Positions 55,210 to 64,000 of a stretch of DNA of 64,000 nucleotides are shown in pieces. This stretch comes from Anthoceros angustus (lineage: Eukaryota; Plantae; Anthocerotophyta): the NCBI GenBank assembly GCA_010909165.1, contig VJWM01000044.1, positions 1,302,001 through 1,366,000 of the forward strand. Direction: 5' to 3'. The notes under the pieces are model-generated. The model was not told where the DNA came from and did not search any database. It worked only from the letters and a program-made list of their open reading frames with translations. Within the stretch, counting starts at the first letter, position 1; the number at the start of each line of letters is the position of its first letter. The position numbers were made by a program, and so were the translations under genes.

Positions 55210-57799
55210 CGGCCTTGAGAAAATTCATCTTCTCAGAGAGCCTACAATGACATCAAAGAATCTAACCTGCTCATCGGCAGGCTATTGTACAATGCGCGGT
55301 TCCAAGACAAACAACAGAACCTGCACCGCAGACAGACCACTAGACTGATGTTAGCACACTTAACGCAGTGATAAGTTCATCACACTCTCCCAGCTTTCAT
55401 CCGCCATAATTCTGCACCTCTTAGCTGGCCCAGCCACCTGGTTGAGAGCTTCCACGGGGAGACAGCTTCCTCGGGCGATCCCTCCAGTGGGTATCGGCGA
55501 ACGAACACTTGAGGAACTGTCCACACACAAGCTCCCCTAGCGTGAACGACTAGGGAACCTGACCAAAGTTCCAAGGAATCAACACCTAGCTCGCAACCCA
55601 TCTGCTCACCACTTTATACAGAAGAATAAACTCATCCCCATGCTATATCCTAATGCTTTTTTGAGTCCTTCATGTGCTGGTCAAGTGCATGTTGAGAAGT
55701 GAACCTGACAAGTAGAAAACCCTTGCCGGTCAGAACACGAAAAAGCAACAGAAACCAATGGCACAATTGCGTATCTTCAAACCCTCCTCACTCACCTCTG
55801 TGCACAGGTTTGACAAGACAAGTCGGTGTCCTCCCTCGCACAAGCATGAATGAACTCAATAAAATCAGCCTCCTCTCGGCTTTGCTCCTCCTTAGTCTTC
55901 CTCATTTCCGTCCTAAATTGATGAGCCACGTTCTGTTTGAGCACATCCGCATGGGTATCAGAGAAGCAGCACACGCTCCAGTTCCAGAGGAGGGATGAGT
56001 TAGCTCAACCTACCAGCGCAAAGGACATATCCTCCGTCAGACTCCGAACTCTCTCCTCCAAGTCCCTGAGTCTACCCTTCATGTTTTCGCAATCTTGCAT
56101 GATCGGGCCACAAGTCTGCACAGTCTCCTCCTGCGTGAACCTCTGCTTGATGAATTCCATCTTCTTGCTTGGAGACCTTATGAGTACGACCGCGTTATCC
56201 GGTATGTTCTCTTTGTTCTTCTTCTTCTCATGTGCTGCACTTACAGAACCGCGTTCATACGTATGCAACGAATCAACCCAGCAATCTGCAGCTACAAGAT
56301 TGGCATCCACAGCCTGCTCTGCAAACGATCCTGGATTGAGATGAACTGAAGAGGAGGGGCACGAGACGAAATTAGCCGTAAGACTATGCTACCGGCAGCA
56401 CAGGTTCAGAAAACTCGTGCCTGCAGTGTGAAAGATGTCAGCCGCGCTCGGAGCGTCCCGCAACGCTGGAGAAGAAGCGGCCGATTTGCTGTAGCTTTGT
56501 GTCGCCATATATGCTAGTAGCCCCGATCCAGATCCTTGCCAAGAAATGCAACAGTAGGTGGACCCGTGAACTAGTCAAGTGAAGCCCCTCAACTTCCTTT
56601 CTTCAACGGTGCTAGCTTCCAGACAATCCTTCCATTTTCCCGTTGTGGTAAGAGAAGCCGAACTTCAACGAATATATGTAAAACACGCTGACGATATCCG
56701 TATCTCTTTTTTAGCGGGTTTTTCCCTTTTGTTTTTGGGGTGGATGGTTTTCTCAATCTCTTTTTTATAATAAAGTTTTTTTTCCATTAGATTTTTATTA
56801 GATTAACTTTTGATTGGACTAACTTTTAATGGGCTAACTTTTGATAGGCTAACATGGCTTTTGAGGGCTTATGTATGGCATACCAAAGAGACGAGGGCCA
56901 GGCCATTTTTTCACGCCATAAAACTTTGTTCACACCACATCGTCTTTTCGGTGTCCGGTTTGGTAACCCGAAATGTAGTAGCCAGACGCACCAAAGCGGC
57001 CAGCGCGCAGTGCATAAAAAGTTTTTTCATCCGATCCATGGTTTTCTCGCGATAAGAAAGAACTTTTTCTCTGTATCTTCTACTTTAGGGTTTTGCGAGG
57101 TGGTTTGGGCTTAGCTAACCCACCTGCCCGTTTTAGGGTTCATCTCTTACGAGGTGGAGGCGGTTTAGGGGGCAGGCGGCTTTGCGGGGTTGCTGGGCGG
57201 CAGACGGCCGCGCTCGGGCGACGGCGAGCCACGAAGGCAGCGGGAAGGAGGCGAGTCTGCGGGCGGCGGGCGTCAAGGTGCGAGGCGGCGGTGTCGTCGA
57301 GCGGCGGGCGGTGGCGAGTCCACCCAGCGGGCGTTCTTCCATGCCTTCGCGCATAGGCGCGTGGAGGCGGTCGGGCGCGGCGCGTAGGTGGGCGGGCGGG
57401 GCGCGCCCGACCGGAAGGTGGGCGGGCGGGCGAGCAGGCGAGCGAGCGGGCGTGTTGGGCCCGGTTTACCGTGGAGCGGTAGGCGGGCGGGGCGCGGTCG
57501 GGCGGCGAGCACGGAGGCTGGGCGGCGGGCTGCGGTGGCGAGGCGGGCGGGCGGGCCGTGGCGGGCGAGCGAGCGGGCGGTCCACAGGCGGGTCGGCCAG
57601 CGCATCGGCGGGCGGCAGGCGGGCGGGCTGGCGGGCGGGCGAGGCGGGCGGCAAAACACAATGGCGGCGCTGGGCGCCAGAGGCGGGCGGTGCGTGGAGG
57701 CGTGGAGGCTGTGGGCGGTGGCGTGGCCGAGGCGGTCTGAGGCGGGCGGTGCGAGGCGTGTAAATTGGGCGCAGGTAGCGCGCAGGAGGCAGTATGAGT

Positions 57800-59200
57800 C
57801 CTCCCAGTCATGCACCAAGCACCTACTAACCTTGTCCCCATTTCTTCCACCATGGTGATGCCAAATTGTTTGATGCTCCTTCTCTTCCAAATGTCGACTT
57901 CAGGTGCCACGCCCATGCAGTCTTGTGCGAGCATCTCTGTTGTGGAGGGATGGCGCCGCCCACCTCTCCTCCTCACATGAGCCCGCTACTGACCCACGGC
58001 ATGTTGGCGGCGGTGGAGGAGGTTGCGCTCTCCTCCGACCTCACCCGATCCTAATATGTGGAGTGAGTTGTTTCTGGTCTTATGACCGAAGAAGCCAATG
58101 CATCCTACGTCGTCGAGGGCTTGATGCGCATTTGCGGTCGGAGGACCTAGCGACCTCATCGCCACATAGAACTACCCTTGGACTTGAAGTTCTTTTGGTG
58201 AGGGCGTGGTCGCGGTATTTGGGCGGACTGGACTTCCCTCTGCGAGTGCCTTCAGTGGGCGCACTATTTCATGCATACCCATTTTGATGGGTGGCCATTG
58301 GGTCCTAACGATCACTGTGAGGCCTCGCGGTCCAAGCACCCGAGTCACCGGAGGACTTCAAGCCGTGGATGGCCAAGTTTCACTCACGACGGCTTGACTC
58401 ACAGTGCGCACTCGGCCTCGACGCTATCGCCTCTCCGGATTTCATCTCAACGCCTTCTACGAATTGACACGCCAACCATGTCTTGTGGGAGGAGATGAAC
58501 GACCTCTACATCATCGAGGGCGGTGATCATGGGGGTTAGGATGCTGGTCATGTGCTTTAGGCACCGTGGGCAGGGGTTTTGATAGGACTTGATGTACGAG
58601 GCCTTTACTTAGATTTGTAGGTGTCTTGGATCCGCTTCCCAAGGACTTGACGTTTCGTCATTCGCTTTATTCTCACCACTCGGCGGATATACATGCCTCG
58701 TTTTCAACTTGGCCCTCGGTTCATGCTTGCCCACATCGTGTTCCTCGTGCCCGCATTTTGGCCGCTTTTCCATTCTCCCTTCGCCTTGTGAACCCCGCCC
58801 GGCTTTTGCCCCTTTCCATGTCGTCACACTTGCTTATTAAGTCGAACCCATACAGCTGCCTTGTTTGATGTGTCTTGGGTCCATGGAACTCACTCCCTCG
58901 CCTTTCCTATCCATGTCCACCTCTCTACCCGCTTGCAGACACAACCAAGACCGTGCGCTAACACCGCCTCTGCGACGCACCTCGGATGACAAGTGTTCGA
59001 AGAGGTTAAGGGCTCTCCATGTCCACAGAGTGCATCGGGTCTTCATTCCACTCCCACACCATATCTTTGCGGTGGGATCCCGTCACTCGCAATACAAGCA
59101 CACCGCCAGAGTACATGTCCGGGAGGTAATTTGTACATTGCAAGCCCCGCCTCGTACGCCATGTCCTCGCCACTTGCATGTCCTGACACATCCTTTGTCC
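57800..59200 (-). pseudogene. Possible Plavaka/CACTA-like transposase remnant
   Basis: Scattered motif-like pieces in shifting frames: HS..LWT, KTHQT, PCPRCL, IHGLK..WT, SIKQFG. No continuous ORF. Confidence 0.25.
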
Positions 59201-59719
59201 AACAAGAATCGTTGGTGCTCACATTCACGCGGTCTTGGCTTGACGCTCACTTACCCTCGCAATGCAATTGAGGAAGCGGTGCCACCTCCGGCAACGCTTG
59301 CATCGTGGTCCGGGGACATAGTAGTCGTTGTCGTCCTCGTCTACCCCATAAGCAGCGGCCCTACCAGCCCCGACGCTCCTCCTCTGGAAGGCCTCCGGGG
59401 ACGTGGCTGCTATGTCATCGCCTCCCGACCTCATTTTCCTCACCTGCAAGTTCCACACCAACGAAAGTCGCCACTCTGTCCTCATGGTGGCATGAATCTG
59501 CGTGCAAGGAATGTATGTGCCAAGGGTTCGTGGTATCCAACTCACTACCCCGGAGCTCCAACATGTACCTCTTGTACAGAAGCCCCACTTCTCCTTGCCC
59601 TGGCGTGCTCGATCCGGCCCACACCCACATCCCACCCACCACCCACGCTGCTATGTCATCGCCTCCGCCCGCCTCCGCGTCCAAAATTGCGCAGCCCGCA
59701 ATCGGCAAGCACAATGCAT

Positions 59720-60180
59720 CCAAATCCCTTCACATGACAACCAAGATGCACCTTACGATTGTGCAGATGGCCCCGTGAAGTTCCTACCGTTCTCACTACC
59801 GGTTCAGTCCTCCTCCACTAGGTTGTGCTCCAAATGGGACAATCCGCGGGTGACCAAACTCTGCACCGCCTCACAGACGCCTGTAGATTGTTCCCCGCTT
59901 GTTGTCCTCGAGCACCGCCCACGTTATGTAGTGCGTGGCCCCATCTATGGCCGCGTGCACCCTGAAGTGGAACATGTACATCTTGTCGTACGCTGCAGCA
60001 AAGCACTCGCACCCGTTAGCTCCCTCTGCGTTCTCCTGCGGCATTTGGACTCAGTGACCACCATGGGGACCAAGTTCCCCTGAACACTCACAGTCCATGT
60101 GCCACATGTACATCGGTGTTCTCAGATCACCGAACGCTGCGCGAGCGCATTTCCATAGCCTCGGTGCATGGCTCGCAATG
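59720..60180 (-). pseudogene. IS3/IS481-related eukaryotic integrase-core (DDE transposase) remnant
   Basis: Manual translation gives GANGCECFAAAYDKMYMFHFRVHAAIDGATHYITWAVLEDNKRGTIY...EFGHPR..., then TGPS/HNRK in shifted frames. This matches the GPN..WHxDG(Y/N)(D/H)KL...IHGxIDGxSR...G.P.R...S..NQRIE family. Confidence 0.6.
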
Positions 60181-60379
60181 CCGCCACCGCCTCCGCCCGC
60201 CTCGCACCGCCCGCCTCCGCCTGCACAATCCGCTCCCAATTCACACCGCCGTGCGTGATGGTCACATTTTGTAGGATGAGGTTGCAGACGTCTTCTAGTG
60301 TTCTCAGCGGACCCGCGTAGCATCCTCTCCATCCTGGCACCGCCACCCACCTCCTCAACGTCGCGGTGCACATCCCGGC

Positions 60380-63300
60380 TCGCTGCGAGCCCTTCAATGT
60401 CCGGCCCCGCCCCTCCGCCTCGCGATGTTCCTCAAAGTCTCCACTTGAAAGGCGGCCTCCCGACTGCTCCTTTCCACACCCCTCCGCGCCTGCTTGTGCC
60501 TGAGTGCACTGCTCCTCCACCTCCGACACTTCGCTTTCCTCCCTTCGTCCTCCCCATCCCTCCTGCTGCTCGCGCCCCCCCCATCTCCCCTCCTCCGCCG
60601 CCCTCGCCTCCGCCCGGCCACCTCGCCATCCGCCCCGCCTGCCCCCCCCGTCCCTCCTTGCCGATGCACACCGCCTCGCCCCTCCGCCTCGCCCCCGTCT
60701 CGCGCCTGCCCGGCCCCTCCGCCTCGCCCCGCCCGCGCCGCCCTCGCCCGCGCCCGCCCTCGCCCGGTTCCTGAGACGGCCCCGCCACCCCCTTCCTCCC
60801 ACCGCCGTGGCACGCCCCGCCTCCGCTCGTCCCTCGCACCCGCCCGCCCCTCGGCCCGCCTCCTCCGCCCGCCTCGCCCCGCCCGCCTCCGCCCCGCCCG
60901 CCTCCCACCCGCCCGCCGCCCGCCTCCTCCCCATCCCATCCCTCCAACCCTTCCGCCACCCCTGCTCACGCCCGCCTCCACCCCGCGCCCTCGTCCCTCG
61001 CCCCTCCCTCCTTGCCGATGCACACCGCCGTCTTGGCCTTCATCGCCGCGCCGCCTCCACCCCGCGCCTCGCCCCTCCGCCATCGCCCTCAAGGCAATGG
61101 AACCCCGTTCTGCCGGCCCCCATGCTTCTGCGGGTGTTCGCGTGCTCGGTGCTATCCTCCCACCGTCGCTCTTGCGTGCGGTCCCCGGCGCAGCGATTCA
61201 CTACTTGGAGCGCGGGTTCGACCGAGCGATCCACTTGTTGTGGCTTTTAACACTTCGTGGTTTGCCGAATCGACGTCCGTATGTCACATTATTCCGCCTT
61301 CACGGCACCGACAGCTGTTTGCTGAGATGAATGGCATGTGCCTTATTCACTTGGGCGGTCGATTCAGGATGATAGGCAACAGCCCCCCATGCCTTCGGAC
61401 ATTGATGCCTGCCTTCGTCCTTTCCACAAATCCACGACACAATGTTCTCTCAAATGTCCCCACCCCACCATTTTCCCTACGGCTTTCCACCCCACAACTC
61501 TACGGTGATAGGGAACGATGGTGTGTGCACGTTGAACAGAAACACGAGACTCTTTGTACCAAGCAGCCCCCGAACACTAGGGAATTTCGGGCTCCCATAT
61601 CTTGCTTGATGCTCGAGGATGACGTGAGCTGCAACGCCTCCTCTTGACAAAAGCTCACACCCTTCTCCAGGTACAACACGTATGCCTCCTGGTTGTCAAG
61701 TAGAAAAGGCAACCGACATTGCGGATCGGCGGCACCCGTCCTCGCCTCCGGCGGGCAATTACCATCCGCCTCGCCCGCCTCGCCCCGCCCTCGCCCGGCC
61801 CCGTCCACACATCTATGCGGAACCCGTCGCGGTGCACATCCCCGCTGCGAGCCCTTCAATGTCGTCCGCCCTCCTCCGCCTCTGCGATGTTCCTCAAAGT
61901 CTCCACTTGAAAGGCGGCCTCCCGACCGTTCCCCCACACCCCTCCGCCGCCCCTGTTTGAGCTCGTGCTGTCTCCACCTCCGACGCCGCTTTCCTCCCCT
62001 CCTCCCCATCCCCCCTCCCGTCGTTTCGCCCTCATCTCCCCCCTCCCTTCCGGTAGCCATCTCCCCCTCAGCCACCCCACACCATGCTCGGCGCCTCGCG
62101 ACCCCTCCCTCCTTGCCCTCCTCGCGTTGCCATCTGCCCGGCCCCTCCGCCCCTCCGCCTCGCCCGCCCTCCGCCTCGCCCGGCCCCTCGCCCCTCCGCT
62201 CGTCCCTCGCCCGGCCCGGCCCGCCCTCGCACCCGGTTCGGAGGCGGCCCGGCCACCCTTCCTCCCACCGCGCGTGCACCCCCCCCTCCTCGTCCCTCGG
62301 ACCCGGCCCGCGCCCTCGCCCCGCTCCCTCCGCCCGCCTCGCACCCGCCGGCCTCGTCCCGCCCCTCCTCCCCTCCCTCCCACCCGCCCTCGCCCCGCCC
62401 TCGCCCATCCCATCCCTCCAACCTTAGCCGCCACCCCGTTCACTTTGCCTCCACTCAGCGCTCGTCATGACCATCGTCTCCCCTCCTTGCCGATGCACAC
62501 CGTCTTGGCCTTCATCCTTCGCCCGCCTCCACCGCTCGCTCAGTCCATCGCCCTCAAGGCAATGGAACCCCGTCAGTTCTCTGCGGCGTCCCCATGCTTC
62601 TGCGGGTGTTCGCGTACGGTGCTATCCTCCCCACGGCTGTCGTCGTTCGCGGTCCCCGGCGCAGCGATTCACTACTTGGAGGCGGTCGGGTTCGGCCGGG
62701 CGATCCACTTGTTGTGGCTTTCAACGCCGTGGTTTGCGAATCGACATCCGTATGTCACATTATTCCGCCTTCACGCCCGGTTTCACGAGATGAATGGCAT
62801 GCCTTATTCACTTGGGCGGTCGATTCGGGATGATAGGCAACGACCCCATGCAGAAGGACATTGATGCACCCGTCCTTTCAAATCCACGACACAATGTTCT
62901 CTCAAATGTCCCCACCCCACCATTTTCCCTCGACTTTCCACCCCACAACTCTCGGTGATAGGAGCGATGGTGTGCACGTTGAAACGAAACGAGACTCTTT
63001 GTACCAAGCAGCCCCGAACACTAGGGAATTTGGGCTCCCATATCTTGCTTGATGCTCGAGGATGGCGTGGCGCGGCAACCTCCTCTTGACAAAAGCTCAG
63101 CCTTCTCCGTACAACACATATGCCTCCGGTTGTCAAGTAGAAAAGGCAACCGACATTGCGGATCGGCGGCACCCGTCCTCGCCTCCGGCGGGCAATTACC
63201 ATCCGCCGCGCCGCCGCCCGCCCCGGCCCCTCGCCCCTCCTCAACCAACCGTTCTCTGCCGTCCCCATGCTGCGGGTGTTCGCGTGCTGGTGCTATCCTC

Positions 63301-64000
63301 CCCACGGCTGTCGTCTTGTTCTGCGGTCCCCGGCGCAGCGATTCACTACTTGGGCGGCAGGCGGGTTCGACCGGGCGATCCACTTGTTGTGGCTTTCAAC
63401 GCCGTGGTTTGCGAATCGACATCCGTATGTCACATTATTCCGCCTTCACGGCGCGGCAATTGTTTCACGAGATGAATGGCATGCCTTATTCACTTGGGCG
63501 GTCGATTCGGGATGATAGGCAACGACCCCATGCCGAAGGACATTGATGCACCTTCGTCCTTTCCACAAATCCACGACACAATGTTCTCTCAAATGTCCCC
63601 ACCATTTTCCCTCGCTTTCCACCCCACAACTCTCGGTGATAGGAGCGATGGTGTGTGCACGTTGAAGAAACGAGACTCTTTGTACCAAGCCCCGAACACT
63701 AGGGAATTTGGGCTCCCATATCTGTGATGCTCGAGGATGGCGTGGCGGACTGCAACGCCTCCTCTTGACAAAAGCTCACAGCCTTCTCCGGTACAACACA
63801 TATGCCTCCGGTTGTCAAGAAAAGGCAACCGACATTGCGGCGGCACCCGTCCTCGCCTCCGGCGGGCAATTACCATCCGGCCACCCGATCGGCTGCGAGC
63901 CGCCGCCCAGCAGCCCATCTCGTCCACCCGGTCCACATCTATGCGGAACCCGTCGCGGTCCATACGTATGCACCCGCATCACACATCCCCACTCCACCAG
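60380..64000. repeat. Noisy tandem repeat, units of about 1.4 kb (GC-rich low-complexity part plus a ~600-bp conserved part); two full copies and a partial third
   Basis: The block cggcgcagcgattcactacttg...gggcaattaccatcc recurs at about 61185-61770, 62655-63205 and 63330-63880. The GC-rich block recurs at about 60380-61100 and 61840-62550. Confidence 0.85.

Noticed and set aside
57083-57140. Interstitial telomere
   Set aside because: Only isolated TTTAGGG units, not a tandem array.
57093-57976. Long Pro/Arg/Ala/Gly-rich ORFs (also 60122-62864)
   Set aside because: Low-complexity GC-rich DNA lacks stop codons in all frames. No domain signal.

Overview
Eukaryotic, non-seed land-plant-like genomic DNA. 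Short GT-AG introns and a PLS-class PPR gene with elongated L motifs suggest a hornwort, lycophyte or fern (inference). Host genes: two tandem PXC3/At2g41820-like LRR receptor kinases (1-5.8 kb, minus), an intronless PLS-E+ PPR gene (6.7-9.4 kb), a decayed PPR, a third LRR-RLK paralog truncated within its TM helix (47.8-49.5 kb) and a 7-exon GAT1-like amino-acid/GABA transporter (53.0-55.0 kb). The order RLK - repeat X - GAT occurs twice, indicating a tandem segmental duplication whose first GAT copy was split by nested transposons. More than half the window is mobile DNA. The most unusual element (12328-23753, minus) is a Ty3/Gypsy-type retrotransposon. It carries a DNMT3-like C5 cytosine methyltransferase between protease and RT and a PHD finger after its DDE integrase. 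Instead of two LTRs it has split direct repeats (A-ORFs-B-A-B) with TG..CA ends and a 4-bp TSD. Also present: a Copia element with TA..CA LTRs, an Athila-like Gypsy with multi-kb LTRs nested in it, two TA-TSD MITEs, and degenerate DNA-transposase remnants plus noisy tandem repeats at 57-64 kb. The 28-45.5 kb and 57-64 kb repeats show dense small indels that may partly be long-read consensus error. No rRNA, tRNA or CRISPR array was seen.
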